DNA of 64,000 nt from Eledone cirrhosa (taxonomy: Eukaryota): NCBI GenBank assembly GCA_964016885.1, contig OZ024743.1, forward strand, positions 81,840,001 to 81,904,000, read 5' to 3'. Position 1 is the stretch's first letter; every line of letters begins with the position of its first letter. Shown here in pieces: positions 13,199 to 29,682 of this stretch. The position numbers and the translations under genes were made by a program. The notes under the pieces were generated by a model. It saw nothing but the letters and a program-made list of their open reading frames with translations. It had not been told where the DNA came from and searched no databases.

Positions 13199-15850
13199 CA
13201 GCGCTGTACGTTTTGCTCACAATGTTGATGTGCTGTACGTTCGGACGAATTTGCTGTAGGTTTTAGTGGTCTTGCCATCGGTTTATAAAATTCATGTTTT
13301 GACGCATTGATTGAGTGCATTTTCATATACCCGCGTTTTGGAGCTTCACAAAAATAAAAGCACGTGAGAATGCAGACGAGACTTGTGCATGCAAGCGCGC
13401 GTTGACTTATGAGGTCAAGGGCGTCTGTAAATTTGGGGGAAGTATATGTCCAGTTTACCACGCCATATCTGTCATAACGCAGGAATTTTTCTCACAAACT
13501 GGTGTAAAAGGTGCGTGAATTATTTTTCAAAAGTTTGATAGATTAGATTTAATTTTACAGAGCTAATTTATACAACCACGCTGTATCAGTCTGAACACAA
13601 AAGCAGAACTCTTATAACCTACAATGTAAACGGTATGTGATGTTTTTAATAGTTTAATTAATTCAAATAAATCTTATAGAACTAACTTGAACCAGATATG
13701 AGTGATAGAACTGTGAAACGAGAACATTCTTCAGATAACGAACGTGAAGCAGCAGATAAGAAGAAGGCTAGATGGGCATCGTATGAAAGGAAGCTTCCGT
13801 CCAAATTGTTGTACGAAGAAAAATGTTCTTCTTGGTTGGAAATGAGCAAGAACGATACAACTAAAGGCAAATGCATATTTTGCAAATGTGAAATTGCCGG
13901 CAGTTTGAGTCAAATTTTACGACATGAACAGACAGAAAAGCACCGCAAGAATGCAAAAGAAGCGAACAAAGCAACGAAATAGACAAATTTTATCCAAGCC
14001 TCTTCGTTTTCTTCACACTCCAGGAAAGTAGTATCTGCTGAATTAAAGTACTGTGCATTTGTTGCTAAGCATAATCTACGCATCTCTATTTTGGTCCACT
14101 TGCCTGGCCTTGTTGTAAACGCCTGTCCTGATTCTAAAATCGCCCAGGATGTGAAGTGTGCCAGAACAAAGGGCACATCCATCTTTTCAAACGTCATCGG
14201 CCCCTATGGCTTCAACACTTTATTAAAGAAGCTTCATTCGTCAAAATTCTCCCCCATCATCGATGAAACAATTGATGTTTCAACACAAACAACTCGTCCT
14301 TGTATCCAGATATTACGACGTTGAAATTCAAAAGACTGTCGACGATTTTCTAACGCTTATAGAAATAAATGATTGCAGTGCTGTGGGTATTTACAACTGT
14401 CTTCTATCGTTTTTCAACGAACACGCTATTGCTTTGGAAAATTTGATAGGTTTCGCCTGTGATAATGCGAGTTTTATGATGGGCAGCAAAGGAGGCGTCC
14501 AGCATTTGTTGAAGCACACGAGACCAGATCTACTTGTGCAAGCCTGTGTTTGTCATTCATTACATTTATGTTCATCAAAAGCGTGCAATGAATTACCAAA
14601 TTCCGTGGAAGAATTGACAAGAAGTATTTATGCATACTTTAGTCACAGTCCTAAGCGGATCAATGAATACAAAGTTCTGCATAAAATAGCTTCAATTGAT
14701 CCTCACAAAATCCTGCATGCAAGCTGCACGAGGTGGCTGTCTCTCAAGCAAGTTATGGAGCGCATTTTAGAGCAGTGGCCCGCATTGCTGGCATATTTCA
14801 CCCAAGCAACATTAGAGGATGGGTGTCCGTCTACGGCTCGAAGAATTCTCACTGAAATGAAGAATCCTCTTACAAAGATGTATTTTGCATTTCTATCTTT
14901 TATTTTAAACGACGTCAACAAACTTAATCTGGAATTCCAGGCCGAAAGCTATCAGATGCATAAACTCAAAAGAGCAATCAACGCTGGAATGAAGGGAATT
15001 TTGAGCAATTTCATTAAACCTGATTTACTTTCTATCATCAATGTGTGTGAGATTAATGTCAACGATTCAACGGCACACCAACCATTAGATCGTATCTACT
15101 TTGCTGCTGTAGCTGAGAGCATTTTACACGACAATTCTACCACCATTGTCCTTAATGAATTGCTGACCTTCCGACAGAATATACTACGATTCTTTGTTTG
15201 TCTTTCAAACCAAATGCTAATGCGGTTTCTGTCTTGCAATATGCAGAACAATTTGGAACTACTTGAGGCGTTAGACCCGACCAACGTGATGGAGGGAAGG
15301 CCGAGGTCAATAATTCCACTTGTTATGCGATTTCCAAGTCTTTGTGATGAGAAAGATTACGAAGAGATAAATCAGGAATGGCGCTACCTGACGATTCAAG
15401 GTTCTTCCTTCATCCCGCACAACGATCCAGAAAAATTGTGGTTTGCTGTATGCTTAGTCTTCTTTCTTTACCCCACTCCTCCGCAGCGGCTGAAAGAATT
15501 TTCTCTGTTCTCCACTCTATTAAAACAAAGAATCGAAATTGTTTGAAAACTTCCACTATTAACGCTCTTGTTAGGTCGAAATATTTGTTACGACATGTCA
15601 ACTGCACGACGTGGGAGCCCGATGAACATCGTTGCAAAGCATTATTTGAAAAAAATTGGTACAAAAGAGCATCTGCTCAGGAAGATGACGTTTCTTTTTT
15701 ATGCCCTTATGTTTAAATTGTCAATAAATGTTGTTAATTTCAAATATATGTATAAAAAGAATGTTTTTTATTGTAATTGGGGGATTTAGTAAAATTCTGT
15801 ACGTTTGGTCAGATTCTGTACGTTTTGAAAAAAAACTTTCGGCAGCGCTG
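13199..15850 (+). mobile_element. hAT-superfamily DNA transposon, full length (2652 bp), transposase disrupted
   Basis: Termini CAGCGCTG (13199-13206, 15843-15850); perfect 8-bp TSD ATGTGGAG (13191-13198, 15851-15858); subterminal CTGTACGTT repeats at both ends. Confidence 0.92.
13698..15716 (+). pseudogene. hAT transposase with N-terminal BED-like zinc finger
   Basis: CIFCKC..LRHEQTEKH; IIDETID; ACDNA; CVCHSLHL; TRWLS; LPHSSAAAERIFS dimerisation motif. One stop and about two frameshifts. Confidence 0.88.
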
Positions 15851-16045
15851 ATGTGGAGACGTATGTACCAGATGTACTTGTGTAAGTAACCACATCGTCT
15901 TGGAAAAGCATCATGCCAGTTACTAATTGAACCTACAAACCAGCAATTCAAAATATAGTATATCGTAAATGGTGTACTCAAACATGCTTATATACGATAT
16001 ATATATATTAAAATAACACCTCTAGGGTGGTTATATATTTGATAT

Positions 16046-16090
16046 ATATTTATCCTTATCGAGCCCTCTTTGGATTTTAGTCTTCACATT

Positions 16091-16148
<58 letters not shown>

Positions 16149-16199
16149 GTCATAATAAATGTGAAGACTAAAATGCAAAGAGGGCTCGATAAGGATAAA
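16046..16199. repeat. ~50-bp inverted repeat enclosing a (TA)n tract
   Basis: tttatccttatcgagccctctttggattttagtcttcacatttattat versus its reverse complement at ~16151-16199 (one mismatch). Confidence 0.85.
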
Positions 16200-16213
16200 A
16201 ACTATAGAGCAAA

Positions 16214-16352
16214 TATTTATTAAAATAACAAATTGGAGTTTAAGCAAAGATCGCTGTTTCACCCTTAACGGGATCTTCTGAGTTTCAGAAGATCCCGTTA
16301 ATGGTGAAAGCACCGATTCTTTGCTTAACTTTAATCTGTTATTTTAATAAGT
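16214..16352. mobile_element. Head-to-head palindrome of the Penelope 3' terminus with variant (CAGAAGA) hammerhead in each arm
   Basis: Both arms match 53381-53450. Confidence 0.8.
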
Positions 16353-16730
16353 ATATATATACATATATATACATATATATATATGTATATATATACAAAC
16401 GGCGGACAACAGAGGTCACGTACCGTTCCTCTCCGACAGATAACTTTCCCCCTCGGAAAACCCCCAGTTGATGGATGCGAAATCCGAAATATAGGGACAA
16501 TTAAATCTCTCCAAAGGTAACACTATCTCGTGTTATTATTTTTATTTTTTACGCTCTTTTCTACACACTATACATCTCATTCTACATTTCCTCTCTCTTC
16601 ACCACCGGATTCTGTTACCCGGAGATTTACCCATCTGCATTGTTGAGGCTTCCAAAACGACCAAAATTTTATATATATATATATATGTTGTATATGTATA
16701 TATATATGTTGTATATGTATATATATATAT

Positions 16731-16764
<34 letters not shown>

Positions 16765-16765
16765 A

Positions 16766-16796
<31 letters not shown>

Positions 16797-16827
16797 GTGT
16801 ATATATATATATATGTATATATGTATG

Positions 16828-17010
16828 TCAGGTCACTCTTGAGTAAACCAGTACAACCTGTCACATGGTCGGGTTGTCGGCGACTAAACTGGCAACCCCA
16901 CCAAGTTTACTTGGTGAGGTGGGTGATTTCGAACACCCTGCAGGACAAAAAACAAAACCAGACAAAGGGCGGAAGAACTCATAAGAGTCAACGGCTATCC
17001 AAAAATGTGT
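16828..17010 (+). mobile_element. Short interspersed element fragment, probably RTE 5'-related
   Basis: 16864-16930 recurs inverted at 24895-24963, joined to an RTE-like 3' end. Confidence 0.5.
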
Positions 17011-17067
17011 AAATATGTATATACACATGTACATATGTATGTGTATGTACATGCCTGTGTATATGCC

Positions 17068-18084
<1,017 letters not shown>

Positions 18085-18470
18085 ACAAACTGATGTCGTT
18101 TGAGTCAATATGTTACAGGCGGCCTCTGCACATCAGCTCGATGGACCTCAAAAGTAATGAGACGAGCTTGGAGGAGTTGAAAACAGAGAAGCAGGGGATG
18201 ATGACTATAAAGAAGGTACTCTGGTCATGTAATCAGGGCCTAGAATCTCTCAATTCATATCCTGGTTAGACGTATCGATGGCAGAAGACCGAGAGGAAAA
18301 CCAAGGAGATGTTGGAGTGATAAGATCACGATATGAACAGGAAGAACGCTGGGGGTGTATACAGTTGTGACGAAGGAGATGAACCGGTTGTGAGCATTAG
18401 TGCAATTGTCGATGGTCCCTGACGATGGAAAAGGAAGAACACCATCAGAGACGTTTCAATTGTGTGCAGT
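18085..18470 (+). mobile_element. Decayed RTE-clade LINE 3' fragment
   Basis: [25 protein letters not shown] resembles the RTE motif L.AFE.WCYRR.L.ISW.D...NE. Confidence 0.6.
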
Positions 18471-18489
18471 GACACTGAAATACAAACAA

Positions 18490-18710
18490 CACATTGGGTA
18501 ACAATGGGCAACAAAAGTTTCTGATTTCGGCACAAGGCCAACAATTTGGGGGCGTTGGAGGGGGATGTGTGTTTCTAGTACTTTATTTTATTGACCCTGT
18601 AAGGCAATGCTAACCTCGATGGTATTTGAACTCAGAACGTAAAGGGGTGTATCTCAATTCCGCAATGTATGTTGTCCGATGCTCTACCGATACAACCAAT
18701 CCACCACTCT
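18490..18710 (-). mobile_element. tRNA-derived SINE
   Basis: Reverse-complement homologue of 12582-12770 (atttgaactcagaacgtaaag, ctctaccgatac). Confidence 0.75.
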
Positions 18711-18812
18711 AGAGTTGGTAAAGATGAAATAATATAAAGTAAGTCAAAGATATATTCAAGATTACGACTAACGACGTCTGGCGAATTCTCAAATTCGTAT
18801 CAAGACTGCATG

Positions 18813-18969
18813 AAACTTCGGTAAAGTCTCGGGAAGGTCTCGGGAAAGTCTCGGGAAAGTCTCGGTAAAGTCTCGGGAAAGTCTCGGTAATGTTTCGGGA
18901 AAGTCTCGGTAATGTCTCGGGAAAGTCTCGGTAATGTCTCGGGAAAGTCTCGGTAATGTCTCGGGAAAG
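18813..18969. repeat. 11-bp minisatellite (aaagtctcggg / aatgtctcggg / aaagtctcggt)
   Basis: About 14 tandem units. Confidence 0.9.
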
Positions 18970-19371
18970 GAGTACTATTTATATCTAGTATAACTAGTAT
19001 ACATATATTCGCATTCCACATTGTATTTAGTACTCACAAATTATGTATCAATGCTTATGTGTGCGTAAAATATGTGTATATATGTCTACATATTACACTA
19101 TATATAGTATGAATATGTATATATAAATAAATATTACACTATATATAGTGTAATATGTATATATATGTCTACATATTACACCATATATAGTATATATTCG
19201 ATAACAATATGTGGGGCTATGGTATGTATATATGTGTGTATATATGTGAGTATATAATTTTTGTGTGTATGTGTATATATGTGTGTATATAATGTTTACA
19301 AATGTCGTCTCCTGTATACAACCTATGTTACTATACAACACGTAATCTATAATTACATATACATGTGCTGA

Positions 19372-19807
19372 TGTGTGTGTGTGTGTGTGTTAGCCTGTAT
19401 GTGTGTTTTAGACTGTGTGTGTGTTAGCCTGTATGTGTGTGTTAGCCTGTATGTGTGTGTTAGCCTGTGTGTGTGTGATAGACTGTGTGTGTGTGTTAGC
19501 CTGTGTGTGTGTGTTAGACTGTGTGTGTTAGACTGTGTGTTAGGCTGTGTGTGTGTGTTAGACTGTGTGTGTGTGTTAGACTGTGTGTGTGTTAGCCTGT
19601 GTGTGTGTGTTAGACAGTGTGGGTGTTAGCCTGTGTGTGTGTGTATTAGACTGTGTGTGTGTGTTTGACTGTGTGTGTGTGTTAGCATGTGTGTGTGTGT
19701 GTGTGTTAGCCTGTGTTTGTGTGTTAGCCTGTATGTGTGTGTTAGCCTGTGTGTGTGCGTGTGTGTGTGTTAGACTGTGTGTGTGTGTTAGCATATGTGT
19801 GCGTTAG

Positions 19808-19842
<35 letters not shown>

Positions 19843-21138
19843 GCCTGTGTGTCTGTGTTAGACTGTGTGTGTGTGTTAGCCTGTGTGTGTGTGTTAGCCT
19901 GTGTGTATGTTAGCCTGTGTGTGTGCGTTAGACTGTGTGTGTGTGTTAGAATATGTGTGTGTGTGTGTGTGTTAGACTGTATGTGTGTGTGTTAGACGGT
20001 GTGTGTGTTAGCCTGTGTGTGTGTGTTAGACTGTCTGTGTGTTAGCCTGTATGTGTGTGTTAGCCGATGTGTATGTGTGTGTATTAGCCGGTGTGTGTGT
20101 GTTAGACTGTGTGTGTGTATGTGTGTGTTAGCCTGTGTGTGTGTGTTAGCGCGTGTGTGTGTGTTAGCCTGTGTGTGTGTGTTAGACTGTGTGTGTGTGT
20201 GTGTTTGAGTGTTTTAGACTGTGTGTGTGTTAGTCTGTGTGTGTGTGTTAGCCTGTGTGTATGTGTGTGTGTTAGCCTGTGTGAGTGTGTTAGACTGTAT
20301 GTGTGTGTTAGACTGTGTGTGTGTGTTAGACTGTGTGTGTGTGTTAGACTGTGTGTGAGTGTTAGACTGTGTGTATATTACACTGTGTGTGTGTGTTAGC
20401 CTGTGTGTGTGTGTTAGCCTGTATGTGTGTGTTAGACTGTATGCGTGTGTTAGACTGTGTGTGTGTGTTAGACTGTGTGTGTGTGTTAGCCTGTGTGTGT
20501 TAGACTGTGTGTGTGTTAGCCTGTGTGTGTTAGACTGTGTGTGTTAGATTGTGTTTGTGTGTTAGCCTATGCGTGTGTGTTAGACTGTGTGTGTTAGATT
20601 GTGTGTGTGTGTGTGTGTTAGCCTGTATGTGTGTATTAGACTGTATGTGTGTGTTAGACTGTGTGTGTGTGTTAGACTGTGTGTGTGCGTTAGACTGTGT
20701 GTGTGTGTGTTAGACTGTGTGTGTGTGTTAGCCTGTGTGTGTGTTAGACTGTGTGTGTGTTAGCCTGTGGGTGTGTTAGACTGTGTGTGTGTTAGATTGT
20801 GTTTGTGTGTTAGCCTATGTGTGTGTGTTAGATTGTGTGTGTGTGTGTGTGTGTGTGTTAGCCTGTGTGTGTGTGGTAGACTGTGTGTGTGTTAGACTGT
20901 GTGTGTGTGTGTTAGACTGTGTGTGTGTGTGTTAGACTGTGTGTGTGTGTTAGACTGTGTGTGTGTTAGACTGTGTGTGTGTGTATGTGTATGTATGTGT
21001 GTGTATGTATGTATGTGTGTGTTAGACTATATGTGTGTATGTGTATGTGTATGTATGTGTGTGTGTGTGTATATGTGTTAGCCTGTGTGTATATGTAGGT
21101 ATGTATGTGTGTATGTGTGTGTATATGTGTGTGTGTGT
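19372..21138. repeat. Cryptic satellite (GT)n-TAGAC/TAGCC
   Basis: 1.7 kb of variable (GT)n runs punctuated by ttagac or ttagcc. Confidence 0.9.
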
Positions 21139-21300
21139 TTAACCCGTCAAAATATTCCCATTTATCGTCAGTTTTCCACATAACTATTCGATATTGTGTA
21201 ATTACTACATGTTTTATACAAAGCTCACAATGTGAGTACATGTAAGTATATGTGTGAGTGTATATGTATATGTATATATATGTGTGAGTGTATATGTATA

Positions 21301-21331
<31 letters not shown>

Positions 21332-21617
21332 GTGTGTGTGTGAATGCATATATATATATATATATGTGTGTGTGTGTATATATGTATATATATATGTGTG
21401 TGAGTGTATATGTATATATATATATATATGTGTATATATATGTGTACATATATATATATATATATATGCGTGTGAGTGCATATATATATATGTGTGTGTG
21501 TGTGTATATATATATATATGTGTGTGTGTGTGTATATGTATATATGAATGTTTATGTATATTTATGTATATGTATGAGTGTATATGTATATATATATATA
21601 TGTATGAGTGTATATGC

Positions 21618-21648
<31 letters not shown>

Positions 21649-22163
21649 TATAGATATATATATACACACATATATATATATGTATGAGTGTATATGTATA
21701 TGTATATATATATATATGTGAGTATATCTATATATATATATGTATGAGTGTATATGTATATATATATATATATATATATGTATGAGAGTATATGTATATA
21801 TATATATATATATATGTATGAGTGTATATGTATGTATATATATAAATATGTGTGTATATGTATATATATATATGTGTGTATATGTATATATATATATGTC
21901 TGTATATGTATATATATATATATGTCTGTATATGTATATATATATGTATATATATGTATGAGTGTGTGTGTATATGTATATTTGTGGGCACCTATGCACA
22001 CAATCTCTCTGTCTCACACACACACAAACACACACATATATATATATATATAATCATGCATGAAAATATAAACATATGTGGTATATATATATATATATAT
22101 ATATAAGAATCCCTTTCTACATTACCGTGTACATTTACATGTATATATAATTTTGTGTGAGTG

Positions 22164-22195
<32 letters not shown>

Positions 22196-22370
22196 GGAGG
22201 AGAAGTTTATGAAATGGAAATGCGGGTATACAGAATTTATTAGGTAACAATTGTTTCTATAGTGTATGGGTTACCTATACCTCGCTATTTGAATAATATA
22301 AAAATATTATCATGACGTCGGTTGACTCCATCCAATGCAACTACTTAGTAACATTGGAATACAAATTTAC

Positions 22371-22425
<55 letters not shown>

Positions 22426-22639
22426 CACCGGGAGAGATGACCCCTTAGCAGAATTCTAGAAGGAAAACTCTCATATAACACCTGCAACCCTAATGGTATC
22501 CAATGATGTTTACTTGTTCTTCTTTTTGGTAAATATCATCTTGGTTAAGATAGTGGGACTGGCTTTGTGCAATGCCTTTGCTCACTATAAAAGCTTCATG
22601 GCACAGGCATTGCTTTATATCTGGAGATCTCTCTGCACT

Positions 22640-24842
<2,203 letters not shown>

Positions 24843-24894
24843 ACTGATATATATATATATTTATGTATGTATATATATATATATATATATATGT

Positions 24895-25143
24895 CCAAAG
24901 TCACCCTCCTCACCAAGAAACCTTGGTGGGGTTGCCAGTTTAGTCGCCAACGACCCGACCATGTCGTCACATGGTACCATGGGCCCAGCACTATGTGTCA
25001 ATAATTGTCACAAGTGTAGTGTTTGTACCAGAGTTTTCAAGTCGCTGGCTGGACTAAAATGTCACACTCGTTCAGCGCATCGGTAGGGGTTCTCCTACAT
25101 GGATATAAAGTAGTGGCCGTACTCGAAAACGAGTTGACAGCCA

Positions 25144-25146
<3 letters not shown>
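24895..25146 (+). mobile_element. RTE-like 3' end copy B, preceded by an inverted 5' segment
   Basis: 24962-25146 matches copy A; 24895-24963 is the reverse complement of 16864-16930. Confidence 0.7.
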
Positions 25147-25199
<53 letters not shown>

Positions 25200-25213
25200 T
25201 ATATATATATATG

Positions 25214-25366
<153 letters not shown>

Positions 25367-25379
25367 TATATATATATAT

Positions 25380-25504
<125 letters not shown>

Positions 25505-25791
25505 TATACGTTTATGAATGTCGTGTGCATATTAGTGGCTATATGCACGTCATTTCCCAGCCTCGATGTGCTGCAGCAACCTGTAAAAGCTGTAATTAGA
25601 AGTGATATAGTGAGGGAGAAGGCTGCATTCTCACAGTTTTTACCTGACAGCGATGTGTTTCCTCTGCCATTTCACTGCCTTCCATTTATAACACTCTACC
25701 CTTGTTTAGCTTTACTTTTTGTTGTGTTATTGTTTTATGTAAGTATGAGGTTACATGTATGTAAATGTATATATATATATATATATATATA

Positions 25792-25998
25792 TAACGAAGG
25801 AAATGTGGTAAGGAACCAGGTGGACCATAACGCACCAAAGTACTCAATACTTGAGGTAGTAGAGTGGGTAATAAGAACCAGTAAGACCCCGACAGCTGAG
25901 CTCAAGCCGTTTCGACGGCTAATTCTGGACGGCTAATTCTGTCCAGAATTAGCCGTCGAAACGGCTTGAGCTCAGCTGTCGGGGTCTTACTGGTTCCT
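25792..25998 (-). mobile_element. Penelope/retrozyme-type short insertion with 5' inversion; 3' half of a hammerhead
   Basis: Inverted repeat 25873-25998; stem II gacggctaattctg/cagaattagccgtc, GAAAC, near-palindromic stem III, GTC; CTGANGA is missing. Second family member at 42747-42865. Confidence 0.65.
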
Positions 25999-26027
25999 AT
26001 ATATATATATATATATATGCGCATACA

Positions 26028-26071
<44 letters not shown>

Positions 26072-26266
26072 TGATATATATATATACATATATATATATA
26101 TACATATGTACACATATGTACACCCACAAACAATCATATATATATATATATATATATATAATGTTCGTAGAATAATTAATAAATTGTCTTATGTATATCT
26201 TTGTGTTTAAATATACATATGCATATATATATATATATATATATGTGTATGTATATATATTTATGT

Positions 26267-26298
<32 letters not shown>

Positions 26299-26357
26299 GT
26301 ATATATATGTATATATGTATATATATATGTATGTATGTATATATTTGTGTATATATG

Positions 26358-26392
<35 letters not shown>

Positions 26393-26445
26393 CTGTATAT
26401 ATTTGTGTGTATATTTATGTATATATATATATGTATGCATATATT

Positions 26446-26516
<71 letters not shown>

Positions 26517-26712
26517 GTATATATATCTATATGTATGTATATATAGCTATATATATGTATATATAGATTTTGAGTTTATGTTGGTTGTATACTAACACCC
26601 AGTCTGCAGGCTGCAGCACTCGACGAAGTGCGCAGGTTGGTTTGGTTACTCCGGAGTAGTGTAAAATAAAGTTAAATAAAAGTCAAATGATTAAAATTTA
26701 GCTTCGTTTATT

Positions 26713-26768
26713 ACTGCTATATATATTTCAGTGACAGCCATCTTTGGCTGTGACCTCTTCAAGGCAGT
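26713..26768 (-). ncRNA. Variant hammerhead ribozyme
   Basis: Minus: ACTGC c TTGAAGA GG tca CAGCC aaagat GGCTG tca CT GAAA TATATA TA GCAGT. Confidence 0.55.
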
Positions 26769-27689
26769 TTGAATTAGTATGGTATAGACAAGTACATATG
26801 TTGTTTAGGTGTATGATATTGTCAATACTCTGATATGCCCAGTTCCTTGTTGGGCTGTTAATTCACTGGGGAACTGGAGTCATATGAATTCAAACAAACG
26901 AATTTTCGTGTCACAGGTCCCCTTCTCCTCTCATTGGTCAGTTATTAGAACATTCCTCATTCTAAGTGTTGTTATTGTTGGAGTTAGCTTAAAAATTGAT
27001 AAAATGGTAGAAGGGACAAGGTGTTAAAGGAACAAAATAACAAAAAAAGTGTCAAACTTCCCATTGTTCAGTTCTGAGAGCATTCCTCAGTCAGAAGTCT
27101 ATAGAATTCTTTCTGGGGTGAGGCTCCCTGTAATGTTTTTGCCTGCTATTGTTCAGTACATTTGACCTCCACCATTATTTTGGTACTGTTGTTGTTGTAG
27201 TGGTCAGCTTATATCTTGCTGCTGCTAACAATTTAGAAGTATCCAGTTTGTGTTTTCTCTTCATCCCTCCCGCCACCATCGTAGTGGTGGTGTGGGGGGG
27301 GGGGGGGTTCTTTCATGTATATGAAGAAATATAAGGCAATAAATGAAGAAAACAGAAAATAAATAAATAATATAATAAAATAAAATAATTAATATAATTT
27401 GTGTAATTTGAAAATAAATAAATAAATAGAGAATAAAGAATAAAGAGTAAATGAGAGATTGGTGAAAAAGTAATGATAATGTATATGGAGAAGTGAGAAA
27501 TAATGTAGGATAAAGTGTGTGTGTGTGTGCTATAACCAATCTCAAGGTCAGAATATGTTGGATAGATTGGTATGATACAAGATGTTAAGATGAGATATTC
27601 AATGTGTTTGTGTTATAATCTGTCTCAACTTAAAATAAATATAAGGTTATACAGTGAAGAGGGCAGAAAACAAATAACAAATTAATAAA

Positions 27690-27800
27690 GAGAAATCAAG
27701 ATTTAAGATTGGAACTTGAAAGTCAGAAATCTGGTAAATTAAAAGTGTTTGTGTTATAGATGTTGGCCAAATTATTATGGCTGTGTCCGATTCTATCTCT
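27690..27800 (-). pseudogene. Possible highly decayed Penelope GIY-YIG C-terminal remnant
   Basis: With a frameshift reads PTSITQ-HFNLPD, like the P.A.HFNLP.H motif of Penelope endonucleases. Confidence 0.3.
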
Positions 27801-28334
27801 AGGCTATCATGGTGTCTGCTCCTGGGGTTGTTCCCTATGGCTTGAGGGGAGTTCACAACCTAGGGTGTTGTTATTGCCCATATAGCTTGAGGGAGGTCTG
27901 GCCGAGAGGTGTTTTCATGTTCTGTAGAAGTCCCTATAGCTTGAGGGGAGTTCACATCTTCTTGTGTTGCTACTGTCCATATATTTTGAGAAAGGTCCCG
28001 GCTCTAAGGTGTCTGCATGTCCCGAAGAAGTCGGTTCTGAGGTTTATCAGGCCGCTTCCACCTCTTAGTATCTATGTATATATACATATATATATATATG
28101 TGTGTGTGTGTGTGCGTGCATACAGGATATATAATTAAATTTGGTTTACAGAAGTGCTTTCTTTTGCAGTAAATTCTTACTGACACTCATACACATATAT
28201 GCTTATATATATATATATATATATATTTGTGAATGCATATATGTAGTAAAAATTATCTTTACATTATATATATGTATGTATATATATATTTATATATATA
28301 TGTATATATATATATATATGTGTGTGTGTGTCTA

Positions 28335-28522
28335 TGTCTGTGGGGGTAAAGTACACATATATGTGTGTGTATGTCTGTGGAGGTGAGGTACAGATATTCA
28401 TGTCTGAGGGGGGTGAGGTACAGATATATATGTCTGTGGGGGGTGAGGTACAGATATATATGTCTGAGGGGGGGGTATAGATATATATGTATGTGGGGGG
28501 GGTGAGGTACAGATATTTATGT
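28335..28522. repeat. ~30-bp minisatellite tgtctgtggggggtgaggtacagatatata
   Basis: About 6 degenerate units. Confidence 0.8.
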
Positions 28523-28988
28523 GCAAAACTTAATTGGTATTTTCAGGTATGGAGAGAAAAATATGATACATTTTGTCTCCGTTTTCTCGGGACTTCTCTT
28601 ATAGGGTGAATGGTTGCCAGGTGTTACAGGTACAGCTAAGTGGAAGGGTAGATATGCTGGTCAATAGGTGGCTAGATTTGTGCATATGTGAGGTATATAG
28701 GTAGTCATGTTGCCCCAGTATGACCGTAGTCCTTTGAGTGAAACCTGTAAAAGAATGCAAATTTGTGAACAATAACGTCGTTGTTTACAAGTTTCTAGCG
28801 AATTGATCCCTGCTTGATATTATTTCTGGTTGCAAGGGTTAAAAAGGAATATCTCAGTGTTACAGAACGTTCAGAAGGCACCCTATGGCATTCTGAAATA
28901 TTAACTGTGAACTTCTAAAAGAAGACAAACCTTCATATTGTAGCATATTTTTCTGATTTGATTTCATTTAATATCTATCTTCTTCGTT

Positions 28989-29400
28989 CACATATTCCTG
29001 AGAGGGTCGTGGGCGCCGTCCACATAGTCCTGAGAGGGTCGTGGGCGCCGTCCACATAGTCCTGAGAGGGTCGTGGGCGCCGCCACATAGTCCTGAGAGG
29101 GTTGTGGCTGCCGTCCACATAGTCCTGAGAGGGTCGTGGGCGCCGCCACATAGTCCTGAGAGGGTTGTGGCTGCACTCCACATAGTCCTGAGAGGGTCGT
29201 GGGCGCCATCAAACATAGTCCTGAGAGGGTCGTGGGCGCCGTCAAACATAGTCCTGAGAGGGTTGTGGCCGCCGTCCACATAGTCCTGAGAGGGTCGTGG
29301 GCGCTGTCCACATAGTCCTGAGAGGGTCGTGGGCGCCGTCCACATAGTCCTGAGAGGGTCGTGGGCGCCGGCCACATAGTCCTGAGAGGGTCGTGGGCGC
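28989..29400. repeat. 31-32-bp minisatellite cacatagtcctgagagggtcgtgggcgccgtc
   Basis: About 13 tandem units. Confidence 0.92.
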
Positions 29401-29525
29401 AGACTCCTGAAATACTCCTTCCAACAGGTCCTGTCAGAAGCAACCGTTTTCAAATCATCCGGCTGGATCCCTAATCGAGAGCAGCCAAGCTCATGGGTGT
29501 TATCCAATCATCTTACTCGGGCTCT
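29370..29525 (-). mobile_element. RTE-like LINE C-terminal fragment contiguous with the minisatellite
   Basis: LDNTHELGCSRLGIQPDDLKTVASDRTCWKEYFRSLRPRPSQ; homologous to 47660-47800. Confidence 0.65.
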
Positions 29526-29682
29526 TTACAATGGACTCTCTATTAAAAACACCTTATTCCGGTGACATCCATAAATATACGTGATATAAGGGAATCAGGG
29601 ACAGAGATCAATAATTAATTTTGTTATTGTCTCTGATCTCTTCGATTATGAGGTGAATCTTCGTGTTAAGAGAGGTGCTGTC

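Noticed and set aside
22236-22300. GAAACAATTGTT with upstream hairpin (similar relics at 31165-31305, 50544-50600, 51455-51520)
   Set aside because: CUGANGA or GAAA is missing or too mutated to call a ribozyme.
25545-25700. Apparent ~65-nt GT-AG intron on minus
   Set aside because: Flanking frames are short, closed by stops and unrecognisable.
28989-29400. 32-bp repeat array resembling CRISPR
   Set aside because: Repeats are contiguous with no unique spacers, there are no cas genes, and the context is eukaryotic.
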